A DNA stretch of 62,987 bases, the filler included, from Stramenopiles sp. TOSAG23-2 (taxonomy: Eukaryota): assembly GCA_900128395.1 (NCBI GenBank). It is 16 parts of 16 records of this genome, joined end to end, with 100 filler letters (N's around TTAATTAATTAA, not from the genome) between each part and the next. Parts side by side here need not be neighbours in the genome. Positions count along the whole stretch, not along the records: positions 43,440 to 47,272 come from LT651080.1; positions 47,373 to 51,204 come from LT651081.1; positions 51,305 to 55,133 come from LT651082.1; positions 55,234 to 59,060 come from LT651083.1; 12 more parts are not named here. One strand, 5' to 3'. This document shows positions 47,271-57,347 of the stretch, piece by piece. The position numbers and the translations under genes are program-made. The notes under the pieces were generated by a model, which was not told the origin of the DNA, made no database searches, and saw only the letters and a list, made by a program, of their open reading frames with translations. Positions within the stretch are counted from its first letter, which is position 1, and each line of letters starts with the position of its first letter.

Positions 47271-47396
47271 AANNNNNNNNNNNNNNNNNNNNNNNNNNNN
47301 NNNNNNNNNNNNNNNNTTAATTAATTAANNNNNNNNNNNNNNNNNNNNNNNNNNNNNNNNNNNNNNNNNNNNTTTGTATTATATATAATCTCCCCT

Positions 47397-47945
47397 TTAA
47401 TTATAATTTAATTTACTCTCTAATCTTCTCATTTCCGTCAGAGTTAATGAATTTGTTAATTTCTGCAAATCTGGGTTGCCAAATATTTCATTTGTTTCCG
47501 ATGACATCTTTTCATCCTCTCGTTTTTTATTTTCTTTTTCACGTTTTCTCCAATCCAATGGTTTACGTTTCTTTTTTTTAACTACAACAACATCATTAGT
47601 ATCATCATCATCATTTGTTAATAACCTTCTTCTACCATTCCCACCTTGATTCAAATGCGCTTTTTCTTGCCTTGATGGAGAATCAGCTTCTTGCGCAGCT
47701 TGTTTCGGGATGCACATAGTAACACCGTATGATTTATCTGTAATACTAAATTTAGACAGAAGATCGCATTCTTCTAAATCTGAAGAATATACTTGAAACG
47801 TGCCTACGCGTCTTATTCTACCTAAAATTGTATCACCAGTCATCAATGTTCCCATACTACCAGGTTGTAATGCTCGTATTTCCATCTGTCCTAATGCAAT
47901 TTGATTCAATTTTGGGCATTCAGGAGCAAATGTTCGAGTACCAGT
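47397..47945 (-). CDS. 3' gene fragment with RRRLL motif (no native start)
   Basis: Open frame TGTRTFAPECPKLNQIALGQ...GNGRRRLLTNDDDD...KLNYN*, beginning at an apparent junction near 47945. Confidence 0.6.
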   Translation of the reverse strand, partial: TGTRTFAPECPKLNQIALGQMEIRALQPGSMGTLMTGDTILGRIRRVGTFQVYSSDLEECDLLSKFSITDKSYGVTMCIPKQAAQEADSPSRQEKAHLNQGGNGRRRLLTNDDDDTNDVVVVKKKKRKPLDWRKREKENKKREDEKMSSETNEIFGNPDLQKLTNSLTLTEMRRLESKLNYN

Positions 47946-48575
47946 TCATTGGAAAATGGTGCTATTAACAACCCTGAAAAAGGTCCAGCTGGTAAAAAGA
48001 AAGTATTATTTGCACAAGATTCATTAACCCTAGGAGATAGTGATGGCGATGAAAATAATAATAATAATGATAACCCATCAAAAAAAAAGAAATCTTCATT
48101 GTCAACAAGTAAAGATGGTTTAATTGGACCATTAAAAGAATTAGAAACATACAGTGTTGATTCATTAGGTAGTTTAGAAAGTGAGACAAATTCACCTCGA
48201 GATGTTCATAATTTATATAAATATACAAACAATAATAATGATGATGATAGTAATTCAAAAACACAAAAGAAAACAGCAGATAATCAAAATGCAGAGAATC
48301 GATTGACAAAACCAGAATTGTATTTACGAAATTTGCAACATTCATATGATATACAAAAATATGAACAATTTAATGATGATTTTAATTATGAACAAAAATA
48401 TGGTAAAGGAGTTGGAATATTAGAAACATCACCGAAAAAAAAGAAAGAATTGATTAATCAAGCAATAAGTACATTATTAGGTGGTAACGATCGTGAATAC
48501 CATACACAAAGTTCAAGAAACGAAGCGAAGGCATGGATAGATGAAGGTAGTGTTCCAGTAATAAAATATGATTGA
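47940..48575 (+). CDS. 3' gene fragment, hydrophilic (no native start)
   Basis: TSSLENGAINNPEKG...GSVPVIKYD*. Back-to-back with the minus-strand fragment. Confidence 0.6.
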   Translation, partial: TSSLENGAINNPEKGPAGKKKVLFAQDSLTLGDSDGDENNNNNDNPSKKKKSSLSTSKDGLIGPLKELETYSVDSLGSLESETNSPRDVHNLYKYTNNNNDDDSNSKTQKKTADNQNAENRLTKPELYLRNLQHSYDIQKYEQFNDDFNYEQKYGKGVGILETSPKKKKELINQAISTLLGGNDREYHTQSSRNEAKAWIDEGSVPVIKYD

Positions 48576-48808
48576 GTAAATTAAATGTGGGAGAGACGGA
48601 GAATGAAACAAGAAGGAAGGTTTTGGTAAAACAGAGGAGAGTGGTGAGAGAGAGGTTTTAATTTTTTTTACAAAACTGCGAAATAATCGCACGTACCGTG
48701 TGTCATATTTTTTTACTCCTCTTGTAAAATATTAATATCAGTACCAAAAAACAAATAAAAAAAAAATTATTTTTTTCATAGACTACACGAATTAAAAATA
48801 TTTTTCTC

Positions 48809-50026
48809 TCACACATTTTGTATCTTATCTACCTTTTTTAATGTTTCCGCACTACTATTACTCGTAATTTTCTCACTAACACTACGGACCAATCCTTTCA
48901 AATTTGTAAGTTCCAACCCATTGTTATTACTATTTAACCATGGTTTAAGTGTTGGAATTAATAAACTCCCCAACATAATTTGCGAAGGATGGTATATTAA
49001 TAATGGTATCGATAATATACTTAATTCTTTCGATCCAGCACCAAACATTAAATTTAAAAGTGGCAATCCAAGTGTCAATGATTTATGTGTTGCACTAAAC
49101 ATTGCTGCAACTGTATCTTCTTTTGAAAAATCACAATATTTAGATTGTGATACATTATACATAATATATAACAACAACGATTGCATTCCAACTATACAAA
49201 AAATTGTAAATATCAATGTGCCTTTGCTTATATCAATATCTTTGCTAAACATATCACAAAATGCAGAATAAATAATTAACAATAATGTGCAATTACTTAT
49301 CATGGAAACTGGGATTTTACTAATATCAATTTTCCTTGTCTTCAATGCAAAAACGCGTGCAATTTGTCCAGCGATTAATGGAAAAACTACTGTTAAACAT
49401 ATTTTAAAAACAATACTATTGCCAGCGGTCGAAGATACATTTAATATCATCAATAACATTAATGGTGTTGTAAAAATTCCGATTAAACTTCCTAATACGC
49501 TTGCACAAATAGCTAAAGGTGTTGATCCACCAGCAGCACGTGTTAATATTACAGCAGATGATACTGGTGGTGGCAATGCAGCAACCACTAGCAATCCTTT
49601 TACGACTAATTTATCCATCCCTACAATTGAATTAATTATAGTAATTACAATATACATAACAATCGGTGTACCAACAAGATTCATAGATAATACCGAAGTA
49701 TAAAAATCAAGCCGTGTTAATGCAATTTTCATTTTCGAAACATCAGTTGCTAAACCACTACAAAAAAATATTAACATTACTGCTAATTTTTTAACAAGAA
49801 TTTCTGGCTTTAATATACCACCTGTACGACCCAACGATGGAATCAAACGTGCAAATAATATTACAAACACAATCCCCATTAAAAACCAATGTTTTTGAAA
49901 AAACGTTTTTTTATTAACAGTAGTAGATATTGCGTTCAAATTTGTATTATTATTGATATCAATATGTGTATTATTATTATTTACATTATTATTATTACTT
50001 TTTTTACGTGTTGGTGATGATAACAT
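48809..50026 (-). CDS. SLC10A7: Sodium/bile acid cotransporter 7-like (SBF-like family)
   Basis: WFLMGIV, GGILKPEI, LPPPVSSAVILTRAAGG, THKSLTLGLP, PLLIYHPSQIMLGS. Confidence 0.95.
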   Translation of the reverse strand: MLSSPTRKKSNNNNVNNNNTHIDINNNTNLNAISTTVNKKTFFQKHWFLMGIVFVILFARLIPSLGRTGGILKPEILVKKLAVMLIFFCSGLATDVSKMKIALTRLDFYTSVLSMNLVGTPIVMYIVITIINSIVGMDKLVVKGLLVVAALPPPVSSAVILTRAAGGSTPLAICASVLGSLIGIFTTPLMLLMILNVSSTAGNSIVFKICLTVVFPLIAGQIARVFALKTRKIDISKIPVSMISNCTLLLIIYSAFCDMFSKDIDISKGTLIFTIFCIVGMQSLLLYIMYNVSQSKYCDFSKEDTVAAMFSATHKSLTLGLPLLNLMFGAGSKELSILSIPLLIYHPSQIMLGSLLIPTLKPWLNSNNNGLELTNLKGLVRSVSEKITSNSSAETLKKVDKIQNV

Positions 50027-50660
50027 ATTTTTTAAATTTATAACTTTTTGAAAATATAAAAAGAAAGATATATGACAAATATGATGCGCTACACTTACAA
50101 CACAGATGGAAATTGTAATATAGAAAGGGGGTAATATATGATATGACTCTTCTTACATTCAACATCTTGTACATCTGTACAATCTATATTTTTTTTCTTG
50201 AATTATTTGGATTGATTAAATAATTAATTTAGCCAGTTAGGGAATAAGCGATAGGGTTATAATGTTAATTATACCTTAAATATACAAAAAGCTGATACCA
50301 GCCCCTTTTTTTTAGATAGCTTCTTTGGTTTTCCATATTACGCTTATATTATAGAGCCTGGAGAGCACTAGAGCACTCTTCTTATTTATATTGTTTCCTG
50401 CAGGACAAATGTATTATACTGTATAAGCTATAAAGTTGTTTTTTTTTTTTTTTTTTGTAGACTAATAATAATTTCAATAATACAATTGTACTTGTTTTTT
50501 TGTTGCACTTCTTCTTATTAATTATTTATTATTATCAATTACAAAAGATACTAAATTGTTGAAAGGAAAAGCAAAAGAAAAACATATCCTCTATTAATTC
50601 AAATAACAACAAACATTCATCTTCTCTAATAAAAACTTAAATGCAATAAAAGGGAAAAAC

Positions 50661-51204
50661 ATGTTGAAAAGCTTTTGTAAAATAACACCTGTATTATTTA
50701 ATGTTGGACGTAATTTTTCCACTCATTTTTCCCCGTTGTCCACCATCCCCGTAACTGTATTGTCTGGCTTTCTTGGAGCAGGTAAGACTACGCTTATGAA
50801 TAATATTTTAACAGAGAAAAAGCCTGAATTGCGAACTGCTGTATTGGTAAATGACATGGCAGACATCAATGTTGATGCTGACTTGGTTCGTAATGCAGGT
50901 GGGGAATCTGATGGTATGGTACAGCTCGAAAATGGTTGTATATGCTGCACACTTCGGGATGATTTAGTAATAGAATTAGCAACGCTTGCAAAAAAAGGAG
51001 ATATTGATCACATTGTTGTAGAGTCAACAGGTATTTCTGAACCACATCCAGTTGCACAAGCATTTTCCTTGCCCGTCACATCTATGCAAGATGAAACAGA
51101 CGATGTCAAGCGAGCAGCTTTGATCGAAGCAACCAATGGTTTGGATTCATTACAAGATGCTGCACATTTGCATTCACTTGTAACCGTGGTTGATTGTGCT
51201 ACCT
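50661..51204 (+). CDS. COG0523/CobW-family metallochaperone GTPase, 3'-truncated
   Basis: IPVTVLSGFLGAGKTT, AVLVNDM, LENGCICCTLRDDL, VESTGISEP. The N-terminus resembles a mitochondrial presequence. Confidence 0.93.
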
Positions 51205-51304
51205 NNNNNNNNNNNNNNNNNNNNNNNNNNNNNNNNNNNNNNNNNNNNTTAATTAATTAANNNNNNNNNNNNNNNNNNNNNNNNNNNNNNNNNNNNNNNN
51301 NNNN

Positions 51305-51689
51305 TAGCTAGAAGTGATGCATGTATGTTGTCAATGTTGTCGTCGGTGGTGGTGGTGGTGGTGGTATTTATGAATGATTCAATGAATGATTCAGTAAGCA
51401 CAAACCCCTTTGTTTCTTCCGTGATATCAGCTAATCTCGGATCATTTCGATCCACTGGTACGGCAATTTTGTTTGTAAAAAATATTGCTAAGAATGCAAC
51501 TATGCAATTTATTCCTTCATCAATTGTTGTTATTATAAATTGCGAGGAAACATTTTGCAATTCTATAATCAAATTATATATTTTATTTACAAGTTGGTTA
51601 TATGAAACTTGTTTGTTGCAACAAATAGCAATGTTGTTGCTATATACTTTGCACGAATGCAGTATTATTGATGCAGCATTTGTATGCAT
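51305..51689 (-). CDS. AMP-binding (adenylation) enzyme N-terminus, NRPS/AASDH-like, 3'-truncated
   Basis: NNIAI..VSYNQL...CIVAFLAIFFTNKIAVPVDRNDPRL matches the early A-domain pattern. Confidence 0.7.
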
Positions 51690-51987
51690 ATTTTATTTTG
51701 TATTTATTGATGTAATATATAATACTACCACTTGCTGAATTATGTATATGTATGTGTGTATTTAATTGATGAAGATATGCATATGTATTTTATAAATGTA
51801 TCAGGAGACGACGAGTGAATAGTGCAAAAGAAAGAATGAACAGCAAAAGTTGCGCAAAAAGTATAATATAAAATATAAAATATATAGAGCAAGAAGTTTG
51901 ATAAAGTACAGTAGTATAAAACACCACAAGCTTAAACTTAATACTGCGTCTATATTAGTGATGAAGCATATAGTTTGAGGGAGTAAA

Positions 51988-52272
51988 ATATTATTGTTGA
52001 TTTTTAAATTATCATTTCTTCCTTAAAATAAGTAATTTATTATACATACCTTAAAACTTTTACTATACAGATATTATTGTTGATTTTTAAATTATCATGT
52101 TTTCCTTAAAATATGTAATATTTTCTTCACGACAGTTCTGTAGCCTTAAGGGAGACCCATTCTCCGATGCACTGATGTATAATAATAATATTTTGCGACA
52201 CATAAACTTCACGACAGTTTCATGGCCTTAAGGGAGACCCGATTTCCGATGCACTGAGATGTATAATATTTT
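51988..52272. repeat. Two adjacent imperfect tandem repeat pairs (~82-84 bp period)
   Basis: ATATTATTGTTGATTTTTAAATTATCAT..CCTTAAAATA x2, and CTTCACGACAGTT..GCCTTAAGGGAGACCC..TCCGATGCACTGA x2. Confidence 0.85.
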
Positions 52273-52570
52273 TATGTTGTCTGCTCTAATATATATACGT
52301 AATAATATTAAAATTCTCCTCTAAAAAATACACTAAGACTGTAGTTATTGATATGTCTGGTCCACCTACCTTTGCTTCTATTGTATACCATCAATATATA
52401 TATATATTTCCACGATCGAATGTGTTTTAAAAATTGTTTTGTTCATTTGTAAATTAGAATACAAATACTATACTTTCAATAAAGCCTATTAAATTGAGGC
52501 AGAAAATGGCCCCACTTTTTCGTTTTTTGCAGACGAATCTCCTTCCTCCTTCCAAAATGAAAAACACTTC

Positions 52571-52727
52571 TTTTTGGTGGTGCTGTGTGGTGGTAAATCT
52601 TAGCAGACACACAGCATTACCAGCTCTCTGGTAGAAAAAGTGAATTTCGTTTTTGGTGGTGCTGTGTGGTGGTAAATCTTAGCAGCCACACAGCATTACC
52701 ACCTCTCTGGTAGAAAAAGTGAATTTC
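52571..52727. repeat. ~78-bp tandem repeat with internal hairpin
   Basis: TTTTGGTGGTGCTGTGTGGTGGTAAATCTTAGCAG(A/C)CACACAGCATTACCA..CTCTCTGGTAGAAAAAGTGAATTTC x2. Confidence 0.9.
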
Positions 52728-53953
52728 CTTCTTGACTACGGATATGAGGCGATTTAGCATCGACATAGAATTAAAATACTGTACAAAAAAATAAGAGTTA
52801 TCATCTGTCGGTTGTCGGTTTTTTCAGGTGTTTTAAGTTACCAAATGGACTATTTAGAGTGGGAAATGAATAATAATATCCGATAATTAGTAATTATGTA
52901 CCATTTCTATCAAGTTTTTTGATGATTATTTTTAGATAATAAAAATTCTGAAATTTTATCAATTTTTTTTTTTAAAACGAAATAACAGTGATTACTAGCA
53001 CTGACACAGGCCTTATATTAGATATATCGGATTAATACAAAGGCATAGCTAGGTACTTTTATACTCGAATTATAATACAGGCAATCACTAGCTAGCACGG
53101 ACACAGGCCTTCCTTCGTCGTCCTGTTTATCTCCGCCCGTTTTCCTCTCGTTCCTCAAAAATGTTTTGTGGTTGATGTGATTGATGATGCCACACACTGT
53201 GTGTGCTTTGGTTTGTTAATACATTCTTTCCTATTATTCCATTTTATAATTATAATTTCCGTATAAATAAATTTGATTAGTAAAACAATCTATTATTATT
53301 CTTATTATAATATAAAATATATATCTATAAAATATTCATTTAAAACACCAATATAAATTATAGAATTTGGTAAGTGTAATTTGTAATACCATGTTTTATT
53401 GTTAATTTCTATATAGATGTATTTTTCCCATAGTACCATGTTTTATTATAAATGTATAACTATTTACTATTGAAATCTGAGTACTGAAATGGATGGTGTT
53501 CCCGAGGCGAAGGAAGGCCATTCAACTCCGCTATTTTTATGGATTTGCTAAAAAACTCGCCAGAAGAAAACTTAAGTGCGAAGACCTCAATAAAACAAGT
53601 ATACATTATTTTATGTATTTACCTGTTGTGTATATACTAATGCTTAGTGTACGAAATCACACAACTATCAAAATCTCTACTTCATTTTTATTACAAAAAA
53701 ACAAAAAAACAAAAATAATTATGCCTTTTCTAAAAGATATATAATATTTTATATATGTACAAGTGTACGTATAGAAAGTGGAAAACATTTATACAGTACA
53801 TCTATATATACATATATACTCTTAGTTATTATTTTTTGTAACTAGAAACAAAAACAAATATTATATACAGATAATTACATATATTTATATATATATATAT
53901 ATTTCTCTTTACGCGCGAATTTTCGATTTTACAAAATAATATAATTATATAAA

Positions 53954-55061
53954 ATGTCATACAGAGGTAGATCTCCAGGAAGAGGTGGACGTGGTGGTAG
54001 AGGACGTGGTGGTGGGNNNNNNNNNNNNNNNNNNNNNNNNNNNNNNNNNNNNNNNNNNNNNNNNNNNNNNNNNNNNNNNNNNNNNNNNNNNNNNNNNNNN
54101 NNNNNNNNNNNNNNNNNNNNNNNNNNNNNNNNNNNNNNNNNNNNNNNNNNNNNNNNNNNNNNNNNNNNNNNNNNNNNNNNNNNNNNNNNNNNNNNNTCGT
54201 GGACGTGGTGGCGGTAGAGGACGTGGTGGTGGTAGAGGACGCGGTGGCGGCAGAGGCAGAGGACGTGGTGGCGGACGTGGACGTGGTGGTGGCCGTGGAC
54301 GTGGACGTGGTGGTGGCAGAGGTGGTGCAAAAGGTGGTGCCAAAGTTGTCGTTGAGAAACATAGGCATGAAGGTTATTTCATTGCAAGAGGAAAAGATGA
54401 TGCATTAGTTACCATTAACTCGACCCCAGGCAAATCCGTTTACGGCGAGAAAAGAATCGCAGTAGGCGAAGGCGAAGGTAAAATAGAGTACCGCGTATGG
54501 AATCCATTCCGTTCTAAAATTGCAGCAGCTGTTTTAGGTGGTGTTGAAAATATTTATATTAATCCTGGAAGTAAAGTTTTATATTTAGGTGCTGCATCTG
54601 GTACAACCGTATCGCATGTATCTGATGTTGTTGGGCCAACTGGCGTTGTATATGCCGTTGAATTTTCCCATCGTTCCGGTCGTGATTTAATTAATGTGGC
54701 AAAATCGCGTACAAATATTATTCCAATCATTGAAGATGCAAGGCATCCATTAAAATATCGTATGTTAGTTGGTATGGTTGATACTGTCTTTGCCGATGTT
54801 GCACAGCCAGATCAAGCACGTATTGTAGCAATTAATTCTGAATACTTTTTAAAAACTGGTGGACATTTTGTTATATCCATCAAAGCAAATTGTATTGATT
54901 CCACCGTACCAGCTGAAGCGGTATTTGCTAGTGAAGTTAAGAAATTAAAAGCAGCGCAATTAAGGCCAAAAGAACAATTGACATTGGAACCATATGAAAG
55001 AGATCACGCAGTAGTCATTGGCGAATACAGGACAAAAAAAAGAAAGAAAGGTAAAGAATAA
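53954..55061 (+). CDS. FBL: Fibrillarin (rRNA 2'-O-methyltransferase), spanning an assembly gap
   Basis: N-terminal RGG/GAR domain. [56 protein letters not shown]. Confidence 0.98.
54017..54196. other. Scaffolding gap within the fibrillarin GAR repeat
   Basis: 180 N with no spacer motif. The frames on either side differ, so the gap size is an estimate. Confidence 0.95.
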
Positions 55062-55986
55062 ATGTGTGTATAGTGATGTGGAATATATGTATAATTATGT
55101 ATATGGCTACTGCTTATATGTTCATATATAAATNNNNNNNNNNNNNNNNNNNNNNNNNNNNNNNNNNNNNNNNNNNNTTAATTAATTAANNNNNNNNNNN
55201 NNNNNNNNNNNNNNNNNNNNNNNNNNNNNNNNNGAAAGTACATAGCCATACCACTGATAAAAAAAAAAGGCCGTCGTTTCAAAAGGTACTTTTTGGCAAA
55301 CTCAATTTTGCACCTCCGACGTTCGTTGTGTACCTGCTATTTCTCCCATGCTATGTACCTGGAAAATAATGGAAAATAATAATATTTGTTCTCATACTTA
55401 AAATTAGTAGTAATATATTGCATGATTTCGCTATCAAAATCGTACATCCTTAAATTTTACCTTGGCTATTGTGCGGTGTGTTATAGAACGAACTTAGAAA
55501 AGAAACTATTATACCAGGTATTGCTGCCAAATATTGCAAATTAAAATAGGCACACCAGCACAGGTACACAGGCCACAGGTAGCAGGTTTAGGTTAATTTT
55601 AATAGTACTATATTACTGTATCGTACATGGAAATTGGATAGCTATCAGTATAAGGAACTATACTATTTTTGTATACTAAAACCTATGATAATTTTCAATG
55701 GAAAGATCACACCCCTTAAAATAATTTTCCACAGGCTAGAGTAATAATTAGAATAATAGGTTATGTTATAATAGCTCCCCCACACAGAAGAGCTGTGTGG
55801 TGGTGGTGTGCTGGTGTGCTATTATTTATATTTGAATTGATGCTCGAAAAAAAGATATAATATCATAGATAAGATATTGATAAATACAAAATTGTATCGC
55901 CCGGACAACAAGAAATACATATTCAAAATAGAAGCAATTCAATAATAGGAATAATAACAATATAATAAAAATATTCATATATTATC

Positions 55987-56766
55987 ATGAAGGTATTTAT
56001 AACAATACTAGTGATCATTTCATCCATGGCTCTCATCAATGCACAGGATCCGGCAGATGGATGGATGGCCTACGCCGTAGGGAGTGTGCCAGAGTCTGTT
56101 GACAGAATCACAAGATTGGAAATGAAGTGGAAAGTATCAAATGATCCAGATGGCGGTTCAAATGCTTTCTTCTCTCCATGGTTTGGCATGGATCCATCCG
56201 ATAATCTTAATTTAATTCAACCCGTAAATCCATGGTTAGGCGATGGCTGGGCTTTCTACACCGAATATTTTCAATGGTCACCAACTAGAAATAGTAACTC
56301 CAATCAAGCAGCTGTTAATGCTGGAGATCAATTACACGGCACACTAGTATATTTAAAAGATGAAGATGCTTACAATTTAACACAAACGAATACTGCAACA
56401 GGTGAGACTTCTCAACAAATTGTAAGGTGTCAAAACGGAAAGAAATATACGGTTCCATATGTCGTTTATGAAAAAACATGGCAATGTTCTTCATATCCTT
56501 CAGACGGTGTTGTAACCTTCACAGATATTGTTGCAGAATGTGATTTTGAGGATTGTACCGAGAAAATCGAATGGACTGCAAAAGTGAAAGATCCAAATTG
56601 TGATATGACTGCACATATTGATTCACAAACAAAAATTCGCATTACGTGGGATACAAACATGGTGTCGAAGTATGATAATATGACCGATGCTGAATTATTT
56701 GAATTTAATTTGAATCGTGGTGGAAAACGTGGTGTTTGGGAAAGGATGTTAAACTCAAAAAAATGA
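55987..56766 (+). CDS. Secreted protein, peptidase G1 (glutamic peptidase)-like
   Basis: Signal peptide. MKWKV, PWFGMD..NLIQP, VNAGDQLHG, YVVYEK, VTFTDI resemble the G1 beta-sandwich with a candidate Gln/Glu dyad. Confidence 0.65.
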   Translation: MKVFITILVIISSMALINAQDPADGWMAYAVGSVPESVDRITRLEMKWKVSNDPDGGSNAFFSPWFGMDPSDNLNLIQPVNPWLGDGWAFYTEYFQWSPTRNSNSNQAAVNAGDQLHGTLVYLKDEDAYNLTQTNTATGETSQQIVRCQNGKKYTVPYVVYEKTWQCSSYPSDGVVTFTDIVAECDFEDCTEKIEWTAKVKDPNCDMTAHIDSQTKIRITWDTNMVSKYDNMTDAELFEFNLNRGGKRGVWERMLNSKK

Positions 56767-57085
56767 TTTTGATATGATCATATGATGTTTTGATATATAT
56801 TATCATAGTCATATATAATATATATGATATCAGTATTATAAAATGTGTAATACTTTAATGAAAAAATATGAAAAAAATATTGTGTGTTTAGTTAATTTAT
56901 GATACGAGTCGCACGCACACGTACGTGTCGTATAATATGTAATATTTTGTAAATATTTTTTTCTTTATTTTTAAATATACTTTTCGTAAAATATATAAAA
57001 ATATTAAAAAAATACGTCGTATATATTTTTACGAATCGTAAAATTTTTACACCGCATTTTATGCCATAATTTAAATTATTTAATT

Positions 57086-57187
57086 TACTCTCATGATAAT
57101 ACCTATCATATGACATACCCAAAAGAATATAATGTACGACGTATATCATATGATGCATAACTGAGGCAATAATCTATCTCACACTTA
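57086..57187 (-). repeat. Dispersed modular intergenic element, expanded copy
   Basis: Same blocks in the same order (AGTGTGAGATAGATTATT, TCAGTTAT, TATTCTTTTG, TAGG.ATTATCATGAG), separated by insertions. Confidence 0.7.
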
Positions 57188-57347
57188 ATATATATATACG
57201 TCGTATATAATATATATACTACGAACCGGTTCGTCCAAAATTCTTTTTATTATTTTATCTAGATTTCAAATTATGTGTGTATATGTACACATAATATATA
57301 TATGAGGTTCTCGTCTCATATATGCATACTGCACAAAAACTTTTTAT

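Noticed and set aside
51988-52727. Repeat pairs resembling a CRISPR array
   Set aside because: Only two copies each, no unique spacers, no cas genes, eukaryotic context.
53493-53744. GC-richer stretch and small ORF upstream of fibrillarin as a tRNA or gene
   Set aside because: No cloverleaf or T-loop consensus, and the ORF has no coding-like features.
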